The notes: generated from the letters alone by a model not told the origin. DNA of 64,000 nt from Acidobacteriota bacterium (GCA_965217775.1 CBDCJH010000002.1:5344001-5408000), one strand, 5' to 3'. Shown: positions 20,931-30,741, counted from the first letter of the stretch. Made by a program: numbers and translations.

Positions 20931-21551
20931 ATGGCGCGTAAGGATCGGGAAGGAAAGTTTCAGGTCACCGACCGGCGCAGCTGGCTCGAAGATGAGTCGG
21001 TTATCGATAAGTCGCGGATCCCGGAGACGCGGTATCCCTCTTACGTCGAGGAATTGAAGGCCAGAACCGAGCTGGCCGAACGGAAGCTGAAGCAGAGACT
21101 CGAGCAGCTCGAGTCCGAGAACGACGCGCTTCGCGAGCGTCTCGAACGGACCCTGGAACAGCGTCTGGACCGGTTCAAGATGAATCTCCTGCTCCGATTC
21201 CTGGAGGTGGTGGACAACCTGGAGCGGGCCTTGGAGGCGGCAGAGAGCGGTTCCGACCTGCAAGAGCTCCGAAAGGGCGTAGAGCTGAATCTCCGGCTCT
21301 TTCTCGATCGGCTCAAGGAGGCCGGGATCGAGCCCATCCAGGTGTTGAACCAGCCCTTCGATCCTCATCTGGCGGAAGCGGTGGGACTCATTCCGGTCAC
21401 CGACCCCGCGCTGGATCAACGGGTTGTCGAGGTGGTTCAGCGAGGCTATCTGTACGGAGGCCGGCTCTTGCGTCCCGCGAGAGCTCGAGTCGGCCGGCTC
21501 GTGGACACCGTATCCGGCGGAGAGTCCGATTCCGCCGCGAAACAGCAGTGA
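20931..21551 (+). CDS. grpE: Nucleotide exchange factor GrpE
   Basis: FLEVVDNLERAL, FDPHLAEAV, VQRGYLYGGRLLRPARARV. Confidence 0.93.
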   Translation: MARKDREGKFQVTDRRSWLEDESVIDKSRIPETRYPSYVEELKARTELAERKLKQRLEQLESENDALRERLERTLEQRLDRFKMNLLLRFLEVVDNLERALEAAESGSDLQELRKGVELNLRLFLDRLKEAGIEPIQVLNQPFDPHLAEAVGLIPVTDPALDQRVVEVVQRGYLYGGRLLRPARARVGRLVDTVSGGESDSAAKQQ

Positions 21552-21581
21552 CGGTCTCCCGGAAATACTGCGGTTCCGGAG

Positions 21582-22118
21582 TCAGCGGGCAATTCTTGCC
21601 TGCTGTTGCAGCCGTTGGGTCGCCACTCCCTTGAAGGCATGGCAGAGGGCGACGGCCAGGGCGTCGGCCGCGTCATTGGGCTGGGGAGATTCCTTCAGCT
21701 TGAGCAGGATCCGGACCATGGTCTGAACTTGTTCCTTGGTCGCCCGGCCAACGCCCGACACCGACTTCTTGACCTCCAGCGGAGAATACTCGACCAACGG
21801 GATCTCCAGCTCGGCGGCGGCCAGCAGGGCCACCCCCCGGGCGTGCCCCAACTGGAGGGCGCTACGGGCATTGACCGCATGAAACACGGTTTCCACGGCC
21901 ACCACGGCCGGCGCGTGGCGGCGGAGCAGCTTCAGGAGTTCGTGGTGGATGGTCTTGAGGCGCTGGGCGAAGGGAGTTTGGGCCCCCCGGCTGTGGCAAC
22001 GGATCGCTCCGTAATCGAGGCAACGATAGTGGTTGCCCAGGACCGAGATGATCCCGTAGCCGGTCGTACGGCTGCCGGGGTCGATGCCCATGACGATGGT
22101 GGGGGAGGGTTGACCCAT
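21582..22118 (-). CDS. ruvC: Holliday junction resolvase RuvC
   Basis: MGIDPGSRTTGYG, AVETVF, LGHARGV, KEQVQTMV, DAADALAVALCH; TGATG coupling to yebC. Confidence 0.96.
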   Translation of the reverse strand: MGQPSPTIVMGIDPGSRTTGYGIISVLGNHYRCLDYGAIRCHSRGAQTPFAQRLKTIHHELLKLLRRHAPAVVAVETVFHAVNARSALQLGHARGVALLAAAELEIPLVEYSPLEVKKSVSGVGRATKEQVQTMVRILLKLKESPQPNDAADALAVALCHAFKGVATQRLQQQARIAR

Positions 22119-22870
22119 CAGGGCTGGAGAAGTGCCTCCATCTCCTGTTCTTCGATGTCGAAGTTGGCGTAGACATGCTGGACGTCGTCGTGGTCCTCGA
22201 GGGCGTCCATCAGCTTCAGCAGCTTTCCCGCCATCTTGCCTTCCACCCGCAGTGAATTCTGCGGAAGCATGGTGATCTGGCTCGATTCCGTGGGGATGTT
22301 GGACGCTTCCAGCTCCTGCCTCACCTGCTCGAAGTTTTCGAAGGGGGTGTAGACGGCCAGGGTGTCGCCCTCGGTCCGGAGATCGTCGGCCCCGGCCTCC
22401 AACACGACCTCCATGAGAGTTTCTTCCGAAACCGAGTCGCTGGGAACACCGAAGTATCCCTTCTTCTCGAACATCCATAGAACGCTGCCCGTCTCTCCCA
22501 GATTCCCGCCGTTCTTGGAAAGGATGTACCGGATCTCGGCCACGGTCCGGTTCCTGTTGTCGGTCAGAGTCTCGATCAGAACCGCCACGCCGCCGGGGCC
22601 GTAGCCCTCATAGGTCACGGCGTCGAAGTTCTGACCCGGGAGTTCGCCCGTCCCCTTCATGACGGCTCGTTCTATGTTGTCGTGGGGCATATTGGCCCCT
22701 TTGGCCGTCTGAATGGCGGTGCGCAGCCGCGGATTGGCGTCCGGGTCTCCGCCGCCCGAACGGGCCGCCACGGTGATTTCCCGGATCATCTTGCTGAACA
22801 TCTTGCCCCGTTTGGCATCCACGATGGCCTTCTTGTGTCGAATCGAGTGCCACTTGGAATGTCCTGACAT
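22118..22870 (-). CDS. yebC: YebC/PmpR family protein
   Basis: MSGHSKWHSIRHKK, YEGYGPGG, TDNRNRT, LEDHDDVQHVYAN. Confidence 0.96.
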   Translation of the reverse strand: MSGHSKWHSIRHKKAIVDAKRGKMFSKMIREITVAARSGGGDPDANPRLRTAIQTAKGANMPHDNIERAVMKGTGELPGQNFDAVTYEGYGPGGVAVLIETLTDNRNRTVAEIRYILSKNGGNLGETGSVLWMFEKKGYFGVPSDSVSEETLMEVVLEAGADDLRTEGDTLAVYTPFENFEQVRQELEASNIPTESSQITMLPQNSLRVEGKMAGKLLKLMDALEDHDDVQHVYANFDIEEQEMEALLQP

Positions 22871-22900
22871 GGGCGAATCTCCTGGTCCCTTTTGGCGGCT

Positions 22901-22909
22901 ATTGTAACA
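22901..22909 (-). promoter_or_regulatory. Extended -10 (TGTTACAAT) of yebC-ruvC
   Basis: TG-n-TACAAT about 30 nt upstream of the ATG, with an AGGAG RBS in the leader. Confidence 0.5.
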
Positions 22910-22950
22910 TGGCCTTCCAGCGGACCGGAGTCCGCCGGGACCGCGGGTAG

Positions 22951-23108
22951 CAGTCCGTGGTGAAAGTCCCGCGAGCACCGAGACCGTTCCTGCGCCCGCC
23001 GGACAAGGCGCGATTCGGGTGCATACCGGGAGTATGTGCCCGAATCGCAACGCCGTCCGCCGGGATGCAGGGACGGTCGAATGCCGTGATGACTTTTGCC
23101 ACGGGCTG
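22951..23108 (-). mobile_element. MITE copy 3 (158 bp)
   Basis: Perfect GTAG direct repeats; sequence identical to copy 6 by eye. Confidence 0.85.
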
Positions 23109-23133
23109 GTAGACCTGGGGAGTTGGAAGGATT

Positions 23134-23874
23134 GTGACCAAGTATCGTTTTGTGGTCCAGTATCGTTCCGATGGATTCTCCGGGTGGCAGGTCCAGAAGG
23201 ACCGTCCGACGATCGGCGGGACCATCGAAGCCGCGCTGGCCCGGATCACGGGTGAAACTCCCTCCGTCGTGGGCGCCGGAAGAACCGACGCCGGAGTGCA
23301 TGCTCTGGGCCAGGTCGCCCACTTCAGGCTCCGGAGATCACGGCCCGTCGACCGCTTGCTGAAATCTCTCAACGGCGTTCTCCCCTCCCGGATTCGGGTG
23401 CTCCGGTTGAACGTGGCCTCCGATGCCTTTCACGCTCAGAAGGACGCCCAACGGAAACGCTACATCTATCGCGTCTACAACGGACCCATACTCTCTCCCT
23501 TTCTGGAGGGCAGGGTGCAACAGGTCTATCGGCCTCTCTCCCTGGAGGCGATGCAACGGGCGTCGGAACTGATCGCCGGTACCCACGATTTCACCGGTTT
23601 CACGGCCTCGGCGTCCCAGGTGAAGAACCGCGTCCGAACCGTTTTCGTTTCCCGGTGGCAACGGAAGGGACGGCACTTTTCCTATCGGGTCGAGGGTGAC
23701 GGCTTTCTCCATCACATGGTCCGCAACCTTGTGGGCACCATGCTCCAGGTTGGACTCGGACAGAGGCCTGCCCGGGACATGATCATGATTCTGGAATCCC
23801 GGGACCGCCGCCTGGCGGGGCCGACGGCCCCCGCGCATGGCTTGTTCCTGGCACAGGTGTGGTACCGGAATTGA
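23134..23874 (+). CDS. truA: tRNA pseudouridine(38-40) synthase
   Basis: FSGWQVQ, GAGRTDAGVHALGQVAHF, FLHHMVRNLVG, TAPAHGLFL. Confidence 0.96.
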   Translation: MTKYRFVVQYRSDGFSGWQVQKDRPTIGGTIEAALARITGETPSVVGAGRTDAGVHALGQVAHFRLRRSRPVDRLLKSLNGVLPSRIRVLRLNVASDAFHAQKDAQRKRYIYRVYNGPILSPFLEGRVQQVYRPLSLEAMQRASELIAGTHDFTGFTASASQVKNRVRTVFVSRWQRKGRHFSYRVEGDGFLHHMVRNLVGTMLQVGLGQRPARDMIMILESRDRRLAGPTAPAHGLFLAQVWYRN

Positions 23875-23919
23875 AAGTTCCGGCAACGGTCCGGTCCATC
23901 CGGATAGGCGTCAACTTGA

Positions 23920-24062
23920 CAGCCCGTGGCAAAAGCCGTCGCGGCATTCGACCGGGTCCGCATCCCGGCGGACTGCTAGGGTCGAATCTGCTCCCTCACC
24001 GCGCCTTGTCCGGCGGGCGCAGCCCCGGTCTCGGTGCTACGCGCGACTTTCACCACGGACTG
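23920..24062 (+). mobile_element. MITE copy 4 (143 bp, diverged interior)
   Basis: Both TIRs present; flanks TTGA/TTGT (imperfect duplication). Confidence 0.75.
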
Positions 24063-24086
24063 TTGTGGTAGATTTGAACCACCGCG

Positions 24087-24878
24087 ATGACTCCCCCCTT
24101 TGAGAATTTCACCGGAATCATTGAGCCTGGAGGCCGGGAAGCCGGGCTGCTGGCGCAACTCGATCCCCACAAGCTGCCGCGGCACGTGGCCATCATCATG
24201 GACGGAAACGGGCGTTGGGCCCGGCAGCGGGATCTGCCCCGGGTCGAGGGCCACACCGCCGGCATCAAGGCGGTTCGGGCAACGGTCGAAACCAGCGTCC
24301 GCCTCAAGATTCCGGTGCTGACCCTCTATGCCTTTTCGGTGGAGAACTGGAAGCGGCCCATGAGTGAGGTCAATACCCTGATGGAGCTCTTGAAGGAGTA
24401 TCTGCGGAAGGAGTTGCCGGAAATCCAGGAAAATGACATCCGCTTCCATGCCATTGGGCGGGTCCACGAGCTTCCCCGCTCGGTCCGGAGGGAGCTGCGG
24501 CATGTGGAGCAGGAGACCCGGTTCAATCGGGGCATGAAGATGATCCTGGCGCTGAATTACAGTGGCCGAGCCGAACTGGTGGATGCCTTCAACTCGCTGC
24601 TCCTGCAGGGCAGAACCCGGAGGGTGAGTGAGACGGATGTGCAGCGGAGTCTCTACACCGGCGACCTTCCCGATCCGGATCTGTTGATCCGCACCAGTGG
24701 AGAGATGCGAATCAGCAACTTCCTTCTCTGGCAAATTGCCTACTCCGAGATTTACGTCACCGACGTGCTCTGGCCCGACTTTCGGTCCCAGCACCTGTTG
24801 GAGTCCATTCTCGCCTACCAGAAGAGGGAGCGACGCTACGGGGGAATCCGATCCCGTTCCCTGCAGGGCGCCAGATGA
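24087..24878 (+). CDS. uppS: Undecaprenyl diphosphate synthase (isoprenyl transferase)
   Basis: HVAIIMDGNGRWA, YAFSVENWKRP, PDLLIRTSGEMRISNFLLWQ. Confidence 0.97.
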   Translation: MTPPFENFTGIIEPGGREAGLLAQLDPHKLPRHVAIIMDGNGRWARQRDLPRVEGHTAGIKAVRATVETSVRLKIPVLTLYAFSVENWKRPMSEVNTLMELLKEYLRKELPEIQENDIRFHAIGRVHELPRSVRRELRHVEQETRFNRGMKMILALNYSGRAELVDAFNSLLLQGRTRRVSETDVQRSLYTGDLPDPDLLIRTSGEMRISNFLLWQIAYSEIYVTDVLWPDFRSQHLLESILAYQKRERRYGGIRSRSLQGAR

Positions 24879-25654
24879 TCCGCCGCACCCTGAGCGTCGT
24901 CGTGCTGGCGCCGCTGGTTCTCGCGATCATCGTTTTGGCTCCCCCCCCGGTGTTCCTGGTGTTCCTGGATCTGGTCCTCCTGATCGCAATCCTGGAACTG
25001 TTCCAGCTCCTGGCGCCCTTGGGGGTGAGGAAACCGGTTCCGGCGATCGTCGCCTGCCTGTTGCTTCCCTGGGTGTGGAATCAGGGAGGAGGCGCGGTAG
25101 TGGCGTACTTGCTGGGGGCCTGCCTCTGCCTGCTCACCGCGCATCTATATCGGGTCGTCAACCACCGAGACGCCCTGGCTTCGGCTTCGGCCAGCCTCAT
25201 GGCGTTCCTGTATCTGGGTCTACCCGTGTCGCTGCTGGCCGGGTACCGGACCAGAGCCGACGAGCTGCTCATGGTGCTGGCCATCGTCTGGTCCTGTGAC
25301 ATAGGGGCTTATCTGGTTGGGACGCGCTGGGGACGTCACCGCATCACTCCCAGGTTGAGCCCGGCGAAATCCCTGGAAGGATTCGCCGCCGGTCTCGCCG
25401 CCGCGGTGGCGGCAGCCCTGTTGGTGGGGTACGGCCTGCTCGAGCGTTCCGATTGGGGACTGTTGTCGCTGGTGGGCGTCGTGGTGGGGTCGGCTGCGAT
25501 CCTGGGAGACCTCTTCGAATCTCTTCTCAAGCGGGCCGTCGCGGCCAAGGACAGCGGCTCCCTGATTCCCGGACACGGAGGACTGTTGGACCGGATCGAC
25601 AGTTTGCTCTTCGCTTTCCCCGTCCATCATTGCCTGTCTTTTCTGCTAGGATGA
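24875..25654 (+). CDS. cdsA: Phosphatidate cytidylyltransferase
   Basis: Membrane protein; SPAKSLEG, GDLFESLLKR..KDSGSLIPGHGGLLDRIDS. Confidence 0.95.
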   Translation: MIRRTLSVVVLAPLVLAIIVLAPPPVFLVFLDLVLLIAILELFQLLAPLGVRKPVPAIVACLLLPWVWNQGGGAVVAYLLGACLCLLTAHLYRVVNHRDALASASASLMAFLYLGLPVSLLAGYRTRADELLMVLAIVWSCDIGAYLVGTRWGRHRITPRLSPAKSLEGFAAGLAAAVAAALLVGYGLLERSDWGLLSLVGVVVGSAAILGDLFESLLKRAVAAKDSGSLIPGHGGLLDRIDSLLFAFPVHHCLSFLLG

Positions 25655-25787
25655 TGCGCTGAGGCGGCGATTTCGGGCATTTCTTCGTGCCTGACAGCCC
25701 GCATCGATTTTCGCCCTGGGCTGTTTTTCGCGGCCAGGAATCTTCAGCGCCGCGCTTGATCCATCGTCTGACGAATCCCGGACGAAG

Positions 25788-26939
25788 ATGAAAAAGATAT
25801 CGATTCTGGGCTCTACGGGATCCGTTGGACGCAGCACCCTGAGTCTGGTCGACCTGAACCCGGACCGGTTCCGGGTCGTGGGCCTGGCGGCGCGAAGAAA
25901 CGCCGGTCGACTTCTTGAACAGGCTCGCGATTACTCTCCGCTCGCGGTTGCCCTCCACGATCGGGAGAGGGCGTCGTGGCTCCGGCAGCAACTTCCCGGG
26001 ACGCCGGTGTTGGAGGGGCAGGAGGGAGTGTCCAGGCTGGCCGCCGAGTCGGAAGCGGATATGGTGGTGGCGGCCATTACCGGTGCGGCGGGTCTGGTTC
26101 CCACGCTGTCCGCCATCCTGGGAGGCCGGGACGTGGCTCTCGCCAACAAGGAGACGTTGGTGATGGCGGGAGAGTTGGTGATGCGGCAGGCCCGGGAGGC
26201 GCAGGTCCGTCTTTTGCCCGTCGACAGCGAGCACAGCGCCATTCATCAGTGTCTCAACGGAGAGAAGAGGGCCCAGATCAAACGGATCCTCCTGACCGCT
26301 TCCGGCGGTCCTTTCTTTCGAAAATCCTTCCGCGAGCTGGGCGAGGTGACTGTACAGGAAGCCTTGAACCATCCGACCTGGAAGATGGGACCCAAGATCA
26401 CGGTGGATTCGGCCACCCTCATGAACAAGGGACTGGAGGTCATCGAGGCCCACCATCTGTTCGGTCTGCGGCCGGGGCAGGTGCAGATCGTGATCCATCC
26501 CCAATCCATGGTTCACTCCATGGTGGAATTCGTGGACGGAGCCATCATGGCCCAACTGGGAATCACCGACATGCGGCTCCCGGTCGGTTATGCTCTGAGC
26601 TACCCGGACCGTTGCAATCTGCCGGTCCCGTCCCTGGATCTCTTCGCCTTGCCGCCGCTGGAGTTCCATCCGCCGGACCCCGTAAAGTTTCCCTGCCTGC
26701 GCTTGGCGGAAGCGGCTCTGCAAGAGGGACGGACCTACCCTGCGGCCCTCAATGCCGCCAACGAAGTGGCCGTCGAACTTTTTCTGGAGGGGCGAATTCC
26801 TTTTCCGGACATCCCCGCCGTTATCGAGGGAGTCCTGGACCGGCACCGGCCGCGAGATCCTGAATCTTTGGAAGTCGTGCTGGAGGTGGACCGGAGGTCG
26901 CGCCTGGAGGCTCAAGACCTGGCCGTGACCCGGATGTGA
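25788..26939 (+). CDS. dxr: 1-deoxy-D-xylulose-5-phosphate reductoisomerase
   Basis: LGSTGSVG, LANKETLV, PVDSEHSA, HPTWKMGPKITVDSATLMNKGLE. Confidence 0.98.
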   Translation: MKKISILGSTGSVGRSTLSLVDLNPDRFRVVGLAARRNAGRLLEQARDYSPLAVALHDRERASWLRQQLPGTPVLEGQEGVSRLAAESEADMVVAAITGAAGLVPTLSAILGGRDVALANKETLVMAGELVMRQAREAQVRLLPVDSEHSAIHQCLNGEKRAQIKRILLTASGGPFFRKSFRELGEVTVQEALNHPTWKMGPKITVDSATLMNKGLEVIEAHHLFGLRPGQVQIVIHPQSMVHSMVEFVDGAIMAQLGITDMRLPVGYALSYPDRCNLPVPSLDLFALPPLEFHPPDPVKFPCLRLAEAALQEGRTYPAALNAANEVAVELFLEGRIPFPDIPAVIEGVLDRHRPRDPESLEVVLEVDRRSRLEAQDLAVTRM

Positions 26940-27076
26940 CCGTCTCGAGGCGAGTACGGGGAACCCCCGCGGGTCGAGACACATTTGAGGATTTGAGAGT
27001 TGGAGCGGATGTCTTTGACGGTTGAGACGGGCGGTCGCGGGGACACCGATTTCCTAGTCAGAAAGGCGAGATTCCT

Positions 27077-28402
27077 TTGCAGTTGATCGAATATTTCGGG
27101 ACCACTCTGCTGGCCTTCATCTTCGTCTTGGGGGTCATGATCTTCTTCCACGAGTTGGGACACTGCGTGGTTGCCAAGTTTCTGGGCATTCGCGTCGATG
27201 TGTTCTCACTCGGATTCGGCCCCAGGCTGGTGGGCTTTCGCCGTGGCGAAACCGACTACCGTGTAAGTCTGTTGCCCCTGGGCGGGTACGTCAAGATGGC
27301 CGGAGAGAACTACGATGAGTCGTTGACCGGTTCCGGCGACGAGTTCCTGTCCCGCCCCAAACGGCATCGTTTCGCGGTGGCCGTCGCCGGCCCGATGATG
27401 AACATCGTCCTGGCCGTTCTCTTGTCGGCCGCCACCTACACGCTGGGGGTCCGGGTGCTTACCTACCGGTCGGGCCCTGCGGAGGTGGGAGTGGTGGCTG
27501 CCGGGTCCCCTGCGGAAGCGGCGGGCATTCAGGTTCGCGACACCATCGTGGCTATCGACGGTGACGAGGTGTCCAGTTGGCGAGATGCCGAGATCGCCAT
27601 CGCCACGAGTCCCGGGCAGAGCCTTCGTCTGACTCTGGACCGGGGAGGGAACCGAATCGACAAACGGGTTCTGGTCACCGCGGCGTCGGACCGGGGCGAC
27701 GTGGGCACCATCGGCGCAGAGCCCTGGATCCCCTTCCTCATCACCAAAACCATCGAGGGTTCACCAGCGGAAGCCGCAGGTCTGAAACCGGGTGACGAGA
27801 TTGTCGAAGTGCAGGGAAAGGATGGTTCGGTCAACGAACCCTCCGCGGTCTCGCCGTTCGTTTCGGAGCGCGAAGGAGAGGCGTTGCTATTCAAGCTGCG
27901 CCGGGGCGAAGAGATCCTGGAGGCCACCATTCGGCCGGCGCAGATCGAAGGCAAGGTCCTGATCGGGGTTCAGCGAGGGCCCCCCTTCCACGTCGAGAAA
28001 TATGGAATCGTGGAGTCCCTGGCGCGGTCGATCCGGAGAAACGGAGAACTGGTCCTGTTGACCGGTCACATCATCGGCAAGATCGTGACCGGCAAGGCCT
28101 CCCTCCGGAGCATGTCCGGGCCCATCGATATCGCCCGCTACTCGGGAGCCGCCGCTTCCGGTGGCTTGGTCCCACTGATGGGTTTCATGGCCCTGGTGTC
28201 CCTGCAACTGGGGATCCTGAACCTCTTTCCCATTCCCGTCCTGGATGGAGGCCTCATCGCCATGTTGGCCGTCGAGGGACTCATCGGCAGGGACCTCAGC
28301 CTGAAGGTGAAAGAACGGATCTTTCAGGCCGGATTCATCTTCCTGGTCCTGTTGATGGGTGTCATCCTCTTCAACGACCTCTCCAAGAATCTGCCCTTTT
28401 GA
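27077..28402 (+). CDS. rseP: RIP metalloprotease RseP with PDZ domains
   Basis: HELGH, PLGGYVKM, NLFPIPVLDGG; follows dxr. Confidence 0.95.
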   Translation: MQLIEYFGTTLLAFIFVLGVMIFFHELGHCVVAKFLGIRVDVFSLGFGPRLVGFRRGETDYRVSLLPLGGYVKMAGENYDESLTGSGDEFLSRPKRHRFAVAVAGPMMNIVLAVLLSAATYTLGVRVLTYRSGPAEVGVVAAGSPAEAAGIQVRDTIVAIDGDEVSSWRDAEIAIATSPGQSLRLTLDRGGNRIDKRVLVTAASDRGDVGTIGAEPWIPFLITKTIEGSPAEAAGLKPGDEIVEVQGKDGSVNEPSAVSPFVSEREGEALLFKLRRGEEILEATIRPAQIEGKVLIGVQRGPPFHVEKYGIVESLARSIRRNGELVLLTGHIIGKIVTGKASLRSMSGPIDIARYSGAAASGGLVPLMGFMALVSLQLGILNLFPIPVLDGGLIAMLAVEGLIGRDLSLKVKERIFQAGFIFLVLLMGVILFNDLSKNLPF

Positions 28403-28407
28403 GAAAC

Positions 28408-28430
28408 CAGGAAAGAGGAAAGAGTGAAGA
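28408..28430 (+). repeat. Purine heptamer repeat (GAGGAAA/GAGTGAA type), short copy
   Basis: The 22-mer AGGAAAGAGGAAAGAGTGAAGA is identical to 50843-50864. Confidence 0.5.
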
Positions 28431-28551
28431 AAAGCGCGTAGTCTGCGCGTAGCCGGGACCACAGTTGAGAATGATCTCGTCATGGACGCCGGTGCCAGAC
28501 TTACTCGATGCCTTGCTTCCCTCCTGACTCCGCCGGGCGCTGGCCGGAGTT

Positions 28552-28585
28552 CGGCGGTTGGAAACCGCCGCTCCCACCCTTTTTC
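28552..28585 (+). terminator. Possible intrinsic terminator between convergent rseP and STAS genes
   Basis: Stem CGGCGGTT-gga-AACCGCCG with a T-run about 10 nt downstream. Confidence 0.35.
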
Positions 28586-28640
28586 TTCCGGGTTTGCGCC
28601 GGCCAGCGACCGGTGGGGGAGCTTCGTGGATTGATCGCGA

Positions 28641-28979
28641 TCAGGCGAAGCTGGCGACCGCTTGAGCCTCGTCTTCGAAGCTGTCGAACACGGTCAGGAG
28701 CTTGGTGATGGCCAGCAGTTCCCGGGTCCTCTTGGTCAGATGGAGAAGTTTGAGCGCTCCTCCCTGGTCGGCAACGTGAGTGTAAGAACTTACGAGCTCG
28801 CCGATCCCGGTGCTGTCCACCGTACGGACATCGGCCAGGTTCATGAGCAGATTCTTCTGACCCGACTGGACCAATCCCCGAATGGTATTCCGAATCAGGG
28901 CGCTCTCTTCGCCGATGGTGATCCTGCCCTGGATATCCAGGATCGTTACGTCGTGCACGTTTCTGGTCGCAATGCTCAT
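28641..28979 (-). CDS. STAS-domain anti-sigma factor antagonist
   Basis: ILDIQGRITIGE, NLADVRTVDSTGIGELV, LLAITKLLTVF; GAGGAGG RBS. Confidence 0.92.
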   Translation of the reverse strand: MSIATRNVHDVTILDIQGRITIGEESALIRNTIRGLVQSGQKNLLMNLADVRTVDSTGIGELVSSYTHVADQGGALKLLHLTKRTRELLAITKLLTVFDSFEDEAQAVASFA

Positions 28980-28989
28980 CGTTACCTCC

Positions 28990-29478
28990 TCACGTGGTGT
29001 GTTTGAGCCGCTTCTCCATCGTAACTTCAAATCCCCCCTGGGGGAGATTGTGATAGGTCACGTTGTCCATAAACGTATGAACGAAGAAAACCCCGCGGCC
29101 CGAGGGTTTCAAAAGATTTCCGCTGTCCAGAGGGTCCGGCAGGGAGGACTCGTCAAAACCGGGTCCCTGATCTGAAACGGTGATGAGAAGACGGCGGCTA
29201 TCGATACGGAATCGGACGCTCACCCTCTTGCTCTCATCCTGCTGATTTCCATGCTGGATGGCATTGGTCACCGATTCGCGGACCGACAAGCAGATCCAAT
29301 GGCTTGCCTCGTCATCGAACCCGGCCATTCGAGTTATGCTCTGGGAGATATCCTGAACCAGATCGAGAAACCGAATATCGCTCCCGAAAGACATCTCGAA
29401 TTCCTTATGAAATTCTTTTCCCGCCAGTTTGCTCGGCAACTCTTGCCGCTCCGCTTTCCGTTGCTCCGAATCGCTCAT
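28990..29478 (-). CDS. Anti-sigma factor / Ser kinase (RsbW-like HATPase_c)
   Basis: ESVTNAIQHGN, DQGPGFD, DPL..NLLKPSGRGVFFVHTFMD. Confidence 0.9.
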   Translation of the reverse strand: MSDSEQRKAERQELPSKLAGKEFHKEFEMSFGSDIRFLDLVQDISQSITRMAGFDDEASHWICLSVRESVTNAIQHGNQQDESKRVSVRFRIDSRRLLITVSDQGPGFDESSLPDPLDSGNLLKPSGRGVFFVHTFMDNVTYHNLPQGGFEVTMEKRLKHTT

Positions 29479-29758
29479 GGCAGATGGCCCCGCAGTATGC
29501 GTCCGGGCCGTTTAGCCGCGATCACATACCAACCATTTATATATACGCCGAATATGTTCCCGAGTTTCGCGGACCACTCGGGCCCGTTCCGGCTTCGGTG
29601 GTGCTTGGGACTCTTTCCAGGAACTGGGGGCAGGAAAAAATGAAGGTGGAGCCGGACTCCTGTCAACTTGGGGCCGGGGACCGCCGGTGGACTCTACCTT
29701 GTCGTCAGCCGGCCGCCGAGTCTTCGTCCGGCCCCGTCCCGCTCCGCTTTGGACCGAA

Positions 29759-29807
29759 GAGGGCGCCCACAAGGGGGAAGAGGGCACTCACACAGGGGCG
29801 CCCCTAC
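29759..29807 (-). repeat. GTAG-type REP-like palindrome (tandem pair)
   Basis: Reverse complement GTAGGGGCGCCCCTGTGTGAGTGCCCTCTTCCCCCTTGTGGGCGCCCTC matches 12094-12140. Confidence 0.65.
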
Positions 29808-29854
29808 GGACAATTCGTCGTCCATTTGCACAAGATTTTGGGAGTAGGGACTAA

Positions 29855-30012
29855 CAGCCCGTGGCAAAAGTCGTCACGGCATTCGACCGTCCCTGCATCC
29901 CGGCGGACGGCGTTGCGATTCGCTCACATACTCCCGGTATGCTCCCGAATCGCGCCTTGTCCGGCGGGCGCAGGACCGGTCTCGGTGCTCGTGCGACTTT
30001 CACCACGGACTG
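29855..30012 (+). mobile_element. MITE copy 5 (158 bp)
   Basis: Perfect CTAA direct repeats; the right duplication contains the dtd TAG stop codon. Confidence 0.85.
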
Positions 30013-30465
30013 CTAATACGCGTCTTTTCTGGAGTCGACGATCAGCGTCACCGGACCGTCATTCACCAGCGACAACGCCATCATGGCTCCGAATCGGCCC
30101 GTTTCGACCACCACGCCAGCCTCCCGAAGCGTCTCCTGGAGACGCCGGTAATCGGTCCGTGCCGCAGCGGGAGGAGCCGCCCTGCTGAAGCTGGGCCGGT
30201 TCCCCTTGCGGCAGTCCCCATAGAGCGTGAACTGGGAAACCAGGAGGATGGAATGCCCCGCCTCCAGCAGGGAACGGTTCATCTTGCCGGCTTCATCCGG
30301 AAAGATACGGAGTTGAAGGATCTTCCTCCTGATGAAAGCCAAATCCCGGTCGGTGTCGCCGGCGCATACGGCAACCAGAACCACCAGTCCGGGGCCGATC
30401 CGTCCCACCGTACGGCCCTCGACATCCACCTTGGCCTTCGATACCCGCTGGATCACGACGCGCAT
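30013..30465 (-). CDS. dtd: D-aminoacyl-tRNA deacylase
   Basis: MRVVIQRV, LRIF, SQFTL, NDGPVT. Confidence 0.97.
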   Translation of the reverse strand: MRVVIQRVSKAKVDVEGRTVGRIGPGLVVLVAVCAGDTDRDLAFIRRKILQLRIFPDEAGKMNRSLLEAGHSILLVSQFTLYGDCRKGNRPSFSRAAPPAAARTDYRRLQETLREAGVVVETGRFGAMMALSLVNDGPVTLIVDSRKDAY

Positions 30466-30471
30466 GGGGAC

Positions 30472-30741
30472 TCAGTGGATGGTCGGCTCCATCCCCTTTC
30501 CCCAACGTTCCCTGAGGACTCTCTCGAAACGCGGCATGAGCAACAGGTGGAAGGTGAACTCTTTGTCCGGAAACATGCCCAGGACGGCTCTCTCGGTCCG
30601 CCGGACCATCTGCCGGGCTTCCGCCAATGTCAACCTGGGGTCCTGGTACAAGACGCTGAGCGTCAGATCGACCAGAAAACGCATGCGCCGGAGTCTCCGG
30701 TTCTCCTCTCGAATCAGATCTTCGCGATCCGAAGTGGACAT
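30472..30741 (-). CDS. Small hypothetical protein co-oriented with dtd
   Basis: 89 aa, ends 6 nt before the dtd start, preceded by TGCTACACT extended -10 and GAGGAG; motif LGMFPDKEFTFHLLLMPRFERV. Confidence 0.75.
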   Translation of the reverse strand: MSTSDREDLIREENRRLRRMRFLVDLTLSVLYQDPRLTLAEARQMVRRTERAVLGMFPDKEFTFHLLLMPRFERVLRERWGKGMEPTIH

